In this document: positions 27,919 to 37,495 of the stretch, piece by piece
Layout of the letters: each line of letters opens with the position of its first letter
Numbering within the stretch: position 1 is the first letter of the stretch
Assembly: GCA_031370005.1 (NCBI GenBank)
Contig: JANMPT010000024.1
Location: 96,001 to 160,000, forward strand
DNA from: Bdellovibrionales bacterium
Lineage (GTDB): Bacteria > Bdellovibrionota > Bdellovibrionia > Bdellovibrionales > Bdellovibrionaceae
DNA length: 64,000 nucleotides
Reading direction: 5' to 3'
Translations under genes and position numbers: made by a program
Notes under the pieces: model-generated
Seen by the model: only the letters and a program-made list of their open reading frames with translations
Databases searched by the model: none
What the model was told of the DNA's origin: nothing

Positions 27919-30159
27919 ATGAAGGTCGACAAAATGTTAGTCCGTGGCAGTCGCCTTGGTATGGTATTTCTAATGACTCTGAGTTTCCAGACAGCTTCCG
28001 TTTGGGCAGCGGAAAGTGCAAAAAATGAAGATGCGGGCCTCCTTCCAATCGAAAAGTCCAATGTAAATAGAAATCTTATAGATGATTTGTTCAATCAAGA
28101 TGAGGCCAATCAGAATTGTTACGGTCAGAACGGTAACCAAAATGGTAACCAAAACGGTAATCCAAATTACACTAACAATCATAATCGAAGCTACGACAAT
28201 CAGAACTATGACAATCGGAACTGCAACAATAATAATATAAATAATTATCAGACATTTAGGCAATCAAATGTGAAGGATGATTTTAAGTGCAATCTGTTTG
28301 AGAGCGTACCTTATGCTGATATTTTAAGTGCGATTAATTCTTTAAACCAAGCCGTGAGTTCTCCGGCCTGCGGTGGCGGCTCTAAAATTAGTGTTCAAGG
28401 AATTGTAGATAATAATAAGACGATTTCTGATGCTGTGAAAGAACTTCGTGGTTATGTTGAAAATCCGGAGACAGTTCAGGCTGAAAACGCTGCTGAAATT
28501 TCAAATAAAGTAGATTTAGCGATTCGTGCAGCAACAACTGTAGCAAGTTCTTTTGCGCAAACGGATCTTTTAAAAAAAGAATGTCGTGAGGCGATGAGCG
28601 CAGGGCAGGTGGCGACATCCATTAATGAAGTGATTAATGGCTTAACTCCCTATGCTTTAATGGCAGCAACTTTGACCACCGGCGGAGCGGCTGCGGTCCC
28701 TTATATTGTGGGCGGCAGCATTATCACTGGTGCCGTGAGTAGTATGGCAAAAATCTTAGACGAAAATGGTTTAAAAGTCGATCAACCAGAAGTTCGTCAG
28801 GCTATCGTGGAAAACACTTGTCAATTTATTCGACTAGATCAGAAGTACAAATTCCTGATTAAATCTCGACAAGAACAAATCAAAAAAATCACTGCAGACA
28901 TTTCCTCATCGCGTAGACTTTTTAGTGCCAAGATAGAACGTCTGTCAGGCACTACTAATGGGCTTGTCGAGCGTAAGAATGCAGTTGACAAAGCTTCGGC
29001 TGAAATCAATGCGACAATGTCAGCGGCTCGCTCACAGCTGGAATTGGACAAGCAATTCATGAGGGGAACTGCGGATGATATCAAAATTTGCCAACTAGGT
29101 ATTCAGCTATCATTAATGGCTCAAGATAAAACATCTTATGTATCTACATTGCTTGCTTCCTTAGACACGGCTTTGATTGCTTACGGATCAAATGGTGTGG
29201 CTCAAGCTCAGGCGTTGAAAGTCAGTGGAAACTTGGCCATGAAAACCCTGCAAAGGGTTGCGGCGAATCAGTTCACCGGTGACGTAAATTTTAAAGAATG
29301 TGCAAATTCGACAAAGTCTTTCGTTGAGACCGTGGATCAATCGGCATCTTTATCTAGGCAGTTGGTAAAGCTTGCGCAAGATAGCATTGAAAAAGGCCTT
29401 CAAAGTAATAAAGAATATAGTTTATACAAGTCTCGTTTGTCGAGCTTAAGCCAAAAAGAATATCAGGCTCAACGTGTAACAGACTCACTTGATAAGCTTC
29501 ATGCGTATGCCAACACGATCACACAATCGGAGATTGATTCCGAGATGGACCGGCTTAGAAGAGGTCTCTTTGCCAACAGTTATATGGGTATGTCTTCGTC
29601 GCCAGTATTAAAGTGGTTTGAATATGTAAATGGCCTGCATAGTGCTGATATTTCGAAATTCCGAAATGGTTTGAAATCTCTTCGCATCCGGGCCTTTAGG
29701 ATGTCGGCTTCAGGAAAGATTTATGGAGGTTATCAAGGTTACGATCTATCGAATGCGAGGAGAGTGAGGCAGGATCAAAAAGATGCTCAGAACCTTGTGC
29801 AGTTCAATCTAAAGGAATTGCCACTTGGTACTATTGGGCACGATGATGCTTGTCGTGAGTTGCAAGACGTTTGGAATCGCTGGATCTCATCAATCGATCA
29901 CCTAGCTGCTTCAGATGCATTCTGTAATATGCTCGAGCCCTATATTTATGATAATCGTCCCGAGGATCAAAGCTTAGTATCTATGTGCCGTGGTTATTCT
30001 AAGAATTCGCCAAATGCTTATTATGGGCAGCCAATTTTATCGACAGTGGCAAAAATGAAAAACAGTCTTGTGACCAACCACACTCGTGATTGGGCCTTGT
30101 TTATTCAAAGAAAAATGGCGGCTTTGGTTTGCTTAGATAGCCATCAAGCAATGAAGTAA
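27919..30159 (+). CDS. Large secreted helical protein with Asn-rich repeat and hydrophobic Gly/Ala hairpin
   Basis: AAGGAG RBS before ATG 27919; signal peptide; N/Q/Y-rich tract; LMAATLTTGGAAAVPYIVGGSII segment; coiled coils. Confidence 0.7.
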   Translation: MKVDKMLVRGSRLGMVFLMTLSFQTASVWAAESAKNEDAGLLPIEKSNVNRNLIDDLFNQDEANQNCYGQNGNQNGNQNGNPNYTNNHNRSYDNQNYDNRNCNNNNINNYQTFRQSNVKDDFKCNLFESVPYADILSAINSLNQAVSSPACGGGSKISVQGIVDNNKTISDAVKELRGYVENPETVQAENAAEISNKVDLAIRAATTVASSFAQTDLLKKECREAMSAGQVATSINEVINGLTPYALMAATLTTGGAAAVPYIVGGSIITGAVSSMAKILDENGLKVDQPEVRQAIVENTCQFIRLDQKYKFLIKSRQEQIKKITADISSSRRLFSAKIERLSGTTNGLVERKNAVDKASAEINATMSAARSQLELDKQFMRGTADDIKICQLGIQLSLMAQDKTSYVSTLLASLDTALIAYGSNGVAQAQALKVSGNLAMKTLQRVAANQFTGDVNFKECANSTKSFVETVDQSASLSRQLVKLAQDSIEKGLQSNKEYSLYKSRLSSLSQKEYQAQRVTDSLDKLHAYANTITQSEIDSEMDRLRRGLFANSYMGMSSSPVLKWFEYVNGLHSADISKFRNGLKSLRIRAFRMSASGKIYGGYQGYDLSNARRVRQDQKDAQNLVQFNLKELPLGTIGHDDACRELQDVWNRWISSIDHLAASDAFCNMLEPYIYDNRPEDQSLVSMCRGYSKNSPNAYYGQPILSTVAKMKNSLVTNHTRDWALFIQRKMAALVCLDSHQAMK
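28126..28220 (+). repeat. In-frame coding tandem repeats (12-bp x3 encoding QNGN; 15-bp x2)
   Basis: CAGAACGGTAAC/CAAAATGGTAAC/CAAAACGGTAAT at 28126-28161; CTACGACAATCAGAA/CTATGACAATCGGAA at 28191-28220. Confidence 0.85.
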
Positions 30160-30166
30160 GTAACTG

Positions 30167-31609
30167 CTAGGCATTCGCTGTTTTACTAGTGCTTGCAAGC
30201 GGTTTTTGAATGATATGAATCGCATGTCCTAGAGTGGCTTCAGCGCATTCCATCACGGCTTCTCCTAAGGTGGGATGAGGATGAATCGATAGAGCAAGAT
30301 CTTCGATACGCGCACCCATCTCAATTGCCAATACGGCTTCTGAGATCAAATTCGAGGCCTCTGGTCCCACAATATGTACACCCAATAAAACATTGGTTTT
30401 TGAATCCGCGATCATTTTTATGAAGCCCTCAGTTTCCATCATACTGACGGCGCGACCATTAGCAGCGAATGGAAATTTCGCAATTTTTAAATCAATAAAA
30501 CCTTTAGCCCTCGCCTCAGCTTCTGTCATGCCAGCTGCTGCGATTTCAGGATCCGTGAAGACAACGGCAGGTACTGTTTTCGCATCGTAAACACGGTTAT
30601 AACCTTTGATGACTTCTGCGACCAAGACCCCTTCATGAGAAGCCTTGTGAGCAAGCATTGGCTGGCCACAAATATCACCTATTGCAAAAATATTTGATAT
30701 ATTGGTGCGACGTTGAGCATCTACTTTTACGAAACCTCTTTCGTCCGTGACAACCCCAGCTGCTTTAAGATTGGATTGGTCTCCATTTGGACGGCGGCCC
30801 ACCGTAACAAGGATCTTATCGGCTTTAATGACTTCATCTTTTCCATTGATTTCAATAGTCACTTCATAAGCATCTTTGGTTTTCTTTTGGCTCTTGGCTT
30901 TTGCTCCATATACAATTTTAACACCAGATTTATCAAGTTTACGAGTGACCACTTGAGCACACTCCGGATCAACCACGCCTGCAAGAAGTGAATTCTGAGC
31001 TTCAATTACCGTAACTTCGCAACCAAGTTTTCTTAGATAAGAAGAAATTTCAAGACCAATGTAGCCGCCGCCGATAGTGACAACGCGTTTTGGAATTTGA
31101 TCCCAAGCCAGCGCACCAGTGGAAGAGACCACGTCCTTTTCGTCGAATTTGAAACCAGGGATTTCAATCGGACGAGAGCCAGTCGCTATGATGAAGTATT
31201 TGCCCTGAATAAGCTCAGTGCCTGAAGAAGATTTAACGCTTATTTCTTTAGGGTTTTTAAACTCAGCTTCTCCTTTGAGAATAACAACACTGTTGCCTTT
31301 TAGGAGCTGGCTTACGCCACCAGACATTTTATCGCAAACGGACTGCTTCCAGGTGACAAGTTGTTTCATATCTACTTCGATGTCGCCTTTAATTTTCAAA
31401 CCCATCGTCGGAAAGTTATGCTGCGCTTTGTGCAGCAAATGAGTCGCGGTGATCATGGCCTTAGATGGAATGCATCCCACATTCAAACAGACGCCGCCCA
31501 GGGATTCTCTTTCAATAATAGCGGTTTTAAAACCAAGTTGAGCTGCACGAATGGCAGCCACGTAGCCGCCGGGGCCAGAACCGATAACGACAATGTCATA
31601 GTTTTGCAT
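30167..31609 (-). CDS. lpdA: Dihydrolipoamide dehydrogenase (E3)
   Basis: GSGPGG, GGVCLNVGCIPSK, GGGYIG, HPHPTLGE. Confidence 0.97.
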   Translation of the reverse strand: MQNYDIVVIGSGPGGYVAAIRAAQLGFKTAIIERESLGGVCLNVGCIPSKAMITATHLLHKAQHNFPTMGLKIKGDIEVDMKQLVTWKQSVCDKMSGGVSQLLKGNSVVILKGEAEFKNPKEISVKSSSGTELIQGKYFIIATGSRPIEIPGFKFDEKDVVSSTGALAWDQIPKRVVTIGGGYIGLEISSYLRKLGCEVTVIEAQNSLLAGVVDPECAQVVTRKLDKSGVKIVYGAKAKSQKKTKDAYEVTIEINGKDEVIKADKILVTVGRRPNGDQSNLKAAGVVTDERGFVKVDAQRRTNISNIFAIGDICGQPMLAHKASHEGVLVAEVIKGYNRVYDAKTVPAVVFTDPEIAAAGMTEAEARAKGFIDLKIAKFPFAANGRAVSMMETEGFIKMIADSKTNVLLGVHIVGPEASNLISEAVLAIEMGARIEDLALSIHPHPTLGEAVMECAEATLGHAIHIIQKPLASTSKTANA

Positions 31610-31619
31610 GTTTAAGCTC

Positions 31620-32891
31620 CTAAATCATGTCCATCATAAGACGGGCCGGGTTTTCAATGCGCTCAAGGAAAGACTTCAAGAATCTTGCGGCCACGGCACC
31701 GTCGATGAGGCGGTGATCTGCGGTCACGGTATAATTCATAGTTTTAATTGCTTCCAACTGCCCATTTTTAATCACTGGTTTTTCGTCGATTTTATACATG
31801 CCTATGATGGCAACCTCTGGATGGTTGATCACAGGAGTTGCATAGGTCCCGCCGATAGAGCCGATGTTGGTGATGGTGATAGACGCACCCTTCATCTCTT
31901 CCAGTTTTAAACGACCTTCCCGGGCGCGTTTGGAAAGGTCCAAAATTTCTTTGGAAAGCTCAACGATGGTTTTCTGATCAGCGTTTTTGATCACAGGAAC
32001 CATTAAACCATTTGGTGTATCTGCGGCAAAACCTATATTGAAGTATTTTTTGTAAACGATTTCAGAAGTGGCATCATCAATAGAGGCATTAAACATCGGG
32101 AACTCACGAATCGTTGCAATCATTGCTTTAATCACGATTGGCAAATAAGTGATCTTTGTGTCGTTTTTCTCTGCGTAGTCTTTCAGAGACTCACGGAATG
32201 CTACAAGGGCTGTCACATTTGCCTGATCCATAATAGTAAAATGGGGAATAATGGCTTTTGATTTCTGCATGTTTTCAGCAATTTTGCGGCGAATACCAAT
32301 CATAGCCACGCGCTCTTCGGCACCTCCGCCACCTTGGTAAGCAGGGCGGGGAATGCTTAAGCCCGGAGCACGAGTTGCACCTGTGCCCATAGAGTTTCCA
32401 GCTTTGGTACTCAAAACATCATCACGAGTTACACGACCAGCGAGGCCAGTGCCGTTAAGTGTATTTATATCGACACTCATTTCACGAGCCAGTCTGCGGG
32501 TCGCAGGTGTTGCTAATGTTTTTGCATCCGCGACAGGTGGACTGATGCTAGGACTTGCGGCTACGAAATTCTGCTGAGCAGTAGGCTGGGCAGTTGTTGG
32601 AGCAGCAGGTTTGGCTGCAGCAACCGGTGCTACGACTTTGGCACTGGCGCCAGCGCTGGCCTCAAGTACTAACATGATGCTGTCGACTTTAACGACGTCG
32701 CCACTTTTGAATTTCAATTCCACAACAGTCCCAGCGATGGGAGTCGGAACTTCTACAGTGGCTTTGTCGGTCATGACCTCAGCAATCGGTTGATCAGCTT
32801 TAACGACGTCGCCAGGTTGAACTAACCATTTCACCAATTCGCCTTCAGAAACACCTTCACCAAGTTCAGGAAGTTTTACGTTTGTCGCCAT
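31620..32891 (-). CDS. pdhC: 2-oxoacid dehydrogenase E2 (dihydrolipoamide acyltransferase), single lipoyl domain
   Basis: Real start MATNVKLPELGEG at 32891; MTDKA lipoyl-Lys, ATPATRRLARE, DHRLIDG; substrate specificity not determinable by eye. Confidence 0.88.
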   Translation of the reverse strand: MATNVKLPELGEGVSEGELVKWLVQPGDVVKADQPIAEVMTDKATVEVPTPIAGTVVELKFKSGDVVKVDSIMLVLEASAGASAKVVAPVAAAKPAAPTTAQPTAQQNFVAASPSISPPVADAKTLATPATRRLAREMSVDINTLNGTGLAGRVTRDDVLSTKAGNSMGTGATRAPGLSIPRPAYQGGGGAEERVAMIGIRRKIAENMQKSKAIIPHFTIMDQANVTALVAFRESLKDYAEKNDTKITYLPIVIKAMIATIREFPMFNASIDDATSEIVYKKYFNIGFAADTPNGLMVPVIKNADQKTIVELSKEILDLSKRAREGRLKLEEMKGASITITNIGSIGGTYATPVINHPEVAIIGMYKIDEKPVIKNGQLEAIKTMNYTVTADHRLIDGAVAARFLKSFLERIENPARLMMDMI

Positions 32892-32892
32892 T

Positions 32893-33064
32893 CTGAGACT
32901 GCCCCCTTCGAGATTTATATAGAATTCATTTAATTTGAACCCTATGGTTCTATGCTCGTGATGGCGTAATTGCATCGCTTTACGCTTCGGGTCATAGAGC
33001 GAAAATTTCATAGGAAGCCCGTTTGCTCTATCACACTTGTCATGGCAATTTGGGGGTTTCTCAG
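32893..33064. other. Candidate structured RNA (nested inverted repeats) between divergent pdhC and sfsA
   Basis: Nested pairings CTGAGA/TCTCAG, GCCCCC/GGGGGT, CCTATG/CATAGG, TCTATG/CATAGA, GCGTAA/TTACGC. Confidence 0.4.
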
Positions 33065-33072
33065 GGGGCACC

Positions 33073-33804
33073 ATGAAATATCGTAACAAATTGGATGAAG
33101 GTGTCTTTTTAAAACGCTATAAGCGGTTTTTTGCAGATATAGAGTGGAAAGGGCAAATATTGACCGCCCACGTTCCAAATACCGGAAGCATGAAGAGCAT
33201 TAATAATCCCGGCCAGGCATGTCTTTTTTCCCACAGCGACAATCCGGAGCGCAAGCTGAAGCAAACTCTCGAAATGATTCAAGCGCCGACGGGAGCGTGG
33301 GTTGGAGTAAATACTTCAACTCCCAATGCATTAGTGCGTGAGACCCTGGAAAGGGTGGTGGGACATACAGATGAAAAGTGGGTGAAGGCATGGGAGCATT
33401 GGGTCAGCTTTGATACTGTGAAACCAGAATTCAAAATTTCTAAACAGACACGTTTGGACTTTGTTTTGCAGAAGAAAAATTCTGATAAGAAACATTTCAT
33501 AGAAGTAAAGAATGTGACTATGTCAGAAGGAAAAACAGCCATGTTTCCAGATTCAGAGACCCTTCGGGGGCAAAAGCATCTGAAAGAACTTATGAGCCTG
33601 ATGGCGGAAGGGCATTCTGCCGAAATTCTATTTACGATTCAGCGTAATGATTGCGATAGGTTTTCGTTGGCGGATGAGATAGACCCCGAGTATGGCCGCC
33701 TCTTACGTCAAGCACAGGAGAAGGGGCTTCGGGTTTCTCCATTTGTGGTGGATTTATGTCCTTTGGAGGCCATATTAACCGACCGACTTTTACCTTTAAA
33801 ATGA
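33073..33804 (+). CDS. sfsA: SfsA family DNA/RNA nuclease
   Basis: KRYKRFFAD, HVPNTGSM, RLDF, IEVKNVT, FPD...RGQKHL; start at ATG 33073. Confidence 0.93.
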   Translation: MKYRNKLDEGVFLKRYKRFFADIEWKGQILTAHVPNTGSMKSINNPGQACLFSHSDNPERKLKQTLEMIQAPTGAWVGVNTSTPNALVRETLERVVGHTDEKWVKAWEHWVSFDTVKPEFKISKQTRLDFVLQKKNSDKKHFIEVKNVTMSEGKTAMFPDSETLRGQKHLKELMSLMAEGHSAEILFTIQRNDCDRFSLADEIDPEYGRLLRQAQEKGLRVSPFVVDLCPLEAILTDRLLPLK

Positions 33805-33829
33805 AAAACCCGGCATCAGCCGGGTTTTT
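33804..33829. terminator. Bidirectional rho-independent terminator
   Basis: AAAAACCCGGC-atca-GCCGGGTTTTT between convergent genes. Confidence 0.9.
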
Positions 33830-33858
33830 AGGACTCAATAAAATACCGAACTAGGGTT

Positions 33859-34656
33859 CTATTGTTTTTTAGTTTCTACAGATTTACCCAAGTGACGATC
33901 GATAATCGTTTTGAACTCTGGGAATGGGTAGGCACCACGAAGAGAAACACCGTTAATTAAAAAGCCAGGAGTTCCAGAGAAATTAAATTTCTTTGCCTCT
34001 TCCATGTCACCATGGATACGTGCCATGAGAGTTTCATCTTTGATATCTTTGCTCAACTTCTTCATGTCCACACCTAATTTTTTAGCAGTGCTTTTCAGGA
34101 AGTCCTCCCCTTTGGAGCGAAGCTCTCCTTGGTTTTCAAAAACTGCGTCATGGAATTTTTCAGCTTTTTCAGGACTCTGTCTTGCAACGGCTTCGAAGTA
34201 TTTCGCAGCAGGCATTGCTTGAGGATGGAAATCCAAAGGCAAGTGCTTGAACACGACACGAACATCATTCGGGTATTCTTTAAGAACTTGTTTAACTGTC
34301 TGGAAGCCCTTGCTGCAATAAGGGCACTCAAAATCAGAGTACTCAACAATAGTTACCTTTGCGTCTTTGTTGCCAAAAATCACGCGGCCAGGTTGAATTT
34401 CTGGCTGTAAAGGGTTTGCAAATTCCTCGTCGCGTTTTTTAGACTCCTCAGCAATGGCTTTGTCTTGAGTCTTTCTTTGAGCATCCTGTGCTGCCTTATT
34501 TACAACTTCGATGAATTGGTCCGGATATTTTTCGATGGCAACAAAAACGATGCTCGGATCTTTTTCAACAGCCTCTTTAATTTGTTTTGCAGATGGAGCA
34601 CAATTCGTCAGTGCGAGCGCCATCGCGGAAAGTGTGATTAATGTTAACTTTTTCAA
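33859..34656 (-). CDS. DsbA/Com1-like thioredoxin-fold lipoprotein
   Basis: Lipobox-like LTNC; EYSDFECPYC, FKHLPL, GTPGFLING. Confidence 0.9.
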   Translation of the reverse strand: MKKLTLITLSAMALALTNCAPSAKQIKEAVEKDPSIVFVAIEKYPDQFIEVVNKAAQDAQRKTQDKAIAEESKKRDEEFANPLQPEIQPGRVIFGNKDAKVTIVEYSDFECPYCSKGFQTVKQVLKEYPNDVRVVFKHLPLDFHPQAMPAAKYFEAVARQSPEKAEKFHDAVFENQGELRSKGEDFLKSTAKKLGVDMKKLSKDIKDETLMARIHGDMEEAKKFNFSGTPGFLINGVSLRGAYPFPEFKTIIDRHLGKSVETKKQ

Positions 34657-34851
34657 AATCTTCCTCCGGTAAAAATAAAATTACATAAGTTGTTATGTTC
34701 GTTAAAACATTTTGATTCTGACACAAACTCAAGGGGCTCTGAATCAAAAAAGCGGCCTTGGATATCCGCGTTAGAATCTTGCGGAAGACTAAGGTCCAGG
34801 TTCTATGCAGAGTGGCTTTTCACCTCCGAAGTCCGCGCTTACACTGTGTAG

Positions 34852-35469
34852 ATGAAAAATTTATATCTATTTATTTTAGCAAGCATCTTATGGGTCTCTA
34901 CTTCTTCAGCAGGTCTACTTTATAACTACTCTCAGTTAACTCTGAAAGATCTCGATCAGATGAATAATCTGGCTCAAAAGAAGATCAAAGAGTTCAAAAA
35001 GGACGGATCTGTCGAAATCCTACGAGAAGCCGTTCAAGCAGTTTACTCACGTCCAAATAATGATGCCATGGTGGAAAAAGTAATTACACCACTACGCAAC
35101 GAGCTGGATGATAAGGAGCAGTGGGAGGCAACTATAGACTCTCTGGTTCAGGAAGCTATCGGTGCTTTGAAGAATCCAAAGGCCTTCCAGCCCGTGGTCC
35201 AGAACACCTACGCGATCTTTTTGGAAAACGTGGTTGCGGACTTTAAAGCTTTTGCCGAAAAAGAAGGTCATGAACGCAAGGTGATCAAACATATTGCAGA
35301 CGCAAACATCGAACTGTCAAAAGAGGCAGTAAATGAAAGAAAGCTCAGAATGATGAGCTCCCACAAATCGCCTTCAGAAATTGCAACTCAGGTCTTGAGT
35401 AACCTTGCAAAAGCGGATGCGGGTGTCAAAAAGGCAGAAGCTGAAGCCGTGAAAAGCGAGCGGAAGTAG
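34852..35469 (+). CDS. Secreted hypothetical protein
   Basis: Signal peptide, helical 205-aa ORF followed by a terminator. Confidence 0.7.
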   Translation: MKNLYLFILASILWVSTSSAGLLYNYSQLTLKDLDQMNNLAQKKIKEFKKDGSVEILREAVQAVYSRPNNDAMVEKVITPLRNELDDKEQWEATIDSLVQEAIGALKNPKAFQPVVQNTYAIFLENVVADFKAFAEKEGHERKVIKHIADANIELSKEAVNERKLRMMSSHKSPSEIATQVLSNLAKADAGVKKAEAEAVKSERK

Positions 35470-35502
35470 TTTTTAGTGTTAGAAAATGAATTGAACTGGA
35501 TG

Positions 35503-35529
35503 AAAGCCTGGAAAGACACAGGCTTTTTT
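35503..35529 (+). terminator. Rho-independent terminator
   Basis: AAAGCCTG-N8-CAGGCTTT followed by a T tract. Confidence 0.7.
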
Positions 35530-35551
35530 AGTTTTTGCGTCTCAATCTGAC

Positions 35552-35578
35552 TCAAGTTCTCCGTAATGTCGCCGATAA
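35552..35578 (+). promoter_or_regulatory. Sigma28 (FliA) promoter
   Basis: TCAAG-N14-GCCGATAA with perfect -10. Confidence 0.72.
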
Positions 35579-35621
35579 GTCTCTTAGATTCCGAAATGGA
35601 TTTTGGAGAGAGAGGCTTCTC

Positions 35622-35900
35622 ATGTTTTTACAAGGTGATCTTCAGGCAGTATTTGATGCACTCTATACGGTGGGTGCGATTGATCCCGTTCTTAAGTTGG
35701 ATTGGGAGCAGGTGACAAACGAGATGGCACAAAGCCCTGAGTTGGTTGTTCAAGCCATGGAAGTCATCAATGCTTGTTGTGGTGATAAAAATCTCATTAT
35801 TCAAAGACTGCATATGATGGATACAAGAGCCGTTAACTATATCGCAATGGAGGTTGCCCGTGAATTCGTTGAATTCCAAGATCGCAGCTGTCTGCACTAG
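35622..35900 (+). CDS. Small hypothetical protein
   Basis: GAGAGG RBS before ATG 35622, downstream of a sigma28 promoter. Confidence 0.65.
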   Translation: MFLQGDLQAVFDALYTVGAIDPVLKLDWEQVTNEMAQSPELVVQAMEVINACCGDKNLIIQRLHMMDTRAVNYIAMEVAREFVEFQDRSCLH

Positions 35901-36363
35901 TTTATTGTTTGTTAGTAATTTTGTCCAGGCTTGGGAAGTGGACATGTCTCGTCGGCGGTTGGATTTTGACCGTGTAACCAATCAAAGTCGTCTTCCTGCA
36001 AGCACAACTGTGGACGAAACTCAAAGTCTATTCGATCAGGTCTTCGATAGTATCGAGCCAACTCAAGATATCGTGATTCTCAATACAGAAAAAGGTTTTG
36101 TGCCGAGTACGGTTCGCGTAAAAAAAGGCAATAGTTATCGTATTCACGTAGTAAATGTGAATGCCAAAGATAAAAATGTCAGCTTTGTCCTGGATGCATT
36201 CTCTGAGCATCACAACACGGTTTACGGTGAAGAACGCGTTTTTAATTTAAACCCAAAAACTGATGGAGTGTTCTCTTATCAGTGCCCAGAGACAGCGGTG
36301 CAGGGGCGTGTGATTGTGATTTCTAATTCACAAGATTCTGAGCGTAAACCCGCTTCGAACTAA
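35854..36363 (+). CDS. Secreted cupredoxin-fold protein
   Basis: Signal peptide; FVPSTVRVKKG, GVFSYQCP, GRVIV cupredoxin pattern; His/Met ligands after the Cys are absent. Confidence 0.75.
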   Translation: MPVNSLNSKIAAVCTSLLFVSNFVQAWEVDMSRRRLDFDRVTNQSRLPASTTVDETQSLFDQVFDSIEPTQDIVILNTEKGFVPSTVRVKKGNSYRIHVVNVNAKDKNVSFVLDAFSEHHNTVYGEERVFNLNPKTDGVFSYQCPETAVQGRVIVISNSQDSERKPASN

Positions 36364-36374
36364 CAGGATGTTTT

Positions 36375-37481
36375 ATGTCTGAGACGTCGAGTGTATTTAA
36401 AGATGCCATCCGGAATAATTTAGGGCCGGTTTTGCCCTATTTGGAAGACAAGACAGTCTCAGAAATCCTGATCAATGGTTACAAAGAAGTTTTCATAGAG
36501 CGTAACGGAAAGCTTGAGAGAACTCCTGCAAAATTTGCTGATGAAGATGCTCTTCGTGCAGCAGTAAATAGCATTGCTCAGAGCGTAGGAAGACGAATCA
36601 ATGAGGATACTCCCAGGCTAGATGCGCGTTTGCCTGATGGCTCTCGAATCGCAGCAGTGATTCCACCTTGCTCTCGCAAAGGGACCACAGTCAGTATTCG
36701 TAAATTTACTAATAATAAAATTTCTTTTGCAGACTATATTAAATTTGGAGCAATTACTGAGGACGGCGCCAGATTTTTGGATATTTGCATGTTCCTTGGT
36801 AAAAACATTATCGTCAGTGGAGGCACGGGCTCCGGTAAAACTACATTATTAGGTTTGCTTTGTACGCGGATACCAAAAGGTCAGCGTATTATCGTGATCG
36901 AGGACTCCAGTGAGCTTCAAGTGGACTATGAGCATGTGGTGATGTTTGAAACTCGTCAAATCGATGAGCTCGGCAAAGGCGAGGTGACAATTAAAGATCT
37001 TTTGAGAAGTTCGCTGCGCCTTCGTCCCGATCGTATTATTGTGGGGGAGGTTCGCTCCTCTGAAGCCATTGAGCTGTTGAATGCAATGAATACTGGTCAT
37101 AAAGGTTGCATGGGCACTGTCCATGCAAACTCACCTGAGGATGCGATTGTACGCATTGAGGCACTCGCTCAGGGCGGTGACACTCAAATCAGTGAGAAGG
37201 CTCTGCGTTCACAAGTCGTGTCGGCTATTGAAATTGTTATTCAAGTTTCCAGATTTCCCGATGGTTCCCGTCGTATTGCTGCCATTAGTGAAATTTTAGG
37301 AATTCTTCCAGACGGTAACTACGATGTTCGGCATATTTTTCAATTGTCACGAATGACAAGAAAATCCGATGGAACTTTCGATGGAAAACTTGAGCCAACG
37401 GGTTATATCCCGTCCTTTATGGAAGAAATAGTCGATAATAAGCTTCCGTTCTCCCAAACGAAATTTAACAAGGTCGCATAA
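36375..37481 (+). CDS. cpaF: CpaF/TadA pilus-assembly ATPase
   Basis: [45 protein letters not shown]...GTVHAN. Confidence 0.9.
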   Translation: MSETSSVFKDAIRNNLGPVLPYLEDKTVSEILINGYKEVFIERNGKLERTPAKFADEDALRAAVNSIAQSVGRRINEDTPRLDARLPDGSRIAAVIPPCSRKGTTVSIRKFTNNKISFADYIKFGAITEDGARFLDICMFLGKNIIVSGGTGSGKTTLLGLLCTRIPKGQRIIVIEDSSELQVDYEHVVMFETRQIDELGKGEVTIKDLLRSSLRLRPDRIIVGEVRSSEAIELLNAMNTGHKGCMGTVHANSPEDAIVRIEALAQGGDTQISEKALRSQVVSAIEIVIQVSRFPDGSRRIAAISEILGILPDGNYDVRHIFQLSRMTRKSDGTFDGKLEPTGYIPSFMEEIVDNKLPFSQTKFNKVA

Positions 37482-37495
37482 ATGCGCGAGAAGAA

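Noticed and set aside
28126..28220. Short repeats as a possible CRISPR array
   Set aside because: In-frame 12-15 bp coding repeats with no spacers and no cas genes
33040..33075. TPP riboswitch-like GGTGC...CTGAGA..ACCC on the minus strand upstream of pdhC
   Set aside because: The CCTGAT/ATAATGC..GCG core is missing, and the segment coincides with the sfsA RBS
32892..33089. 66-aa N-terminal extension of E2 in the ORF track
   Set aside because: The lipoyl domain begins at MATNVK (32891) behind a good RBS; the extension would overlap the divergent sfsA gene
36375..37481. VirB11-like ATPase as a sign of a conjugative element
   Set aside because: CpaF-type motifs; no T4SS, relaxase or integrase genes nearby
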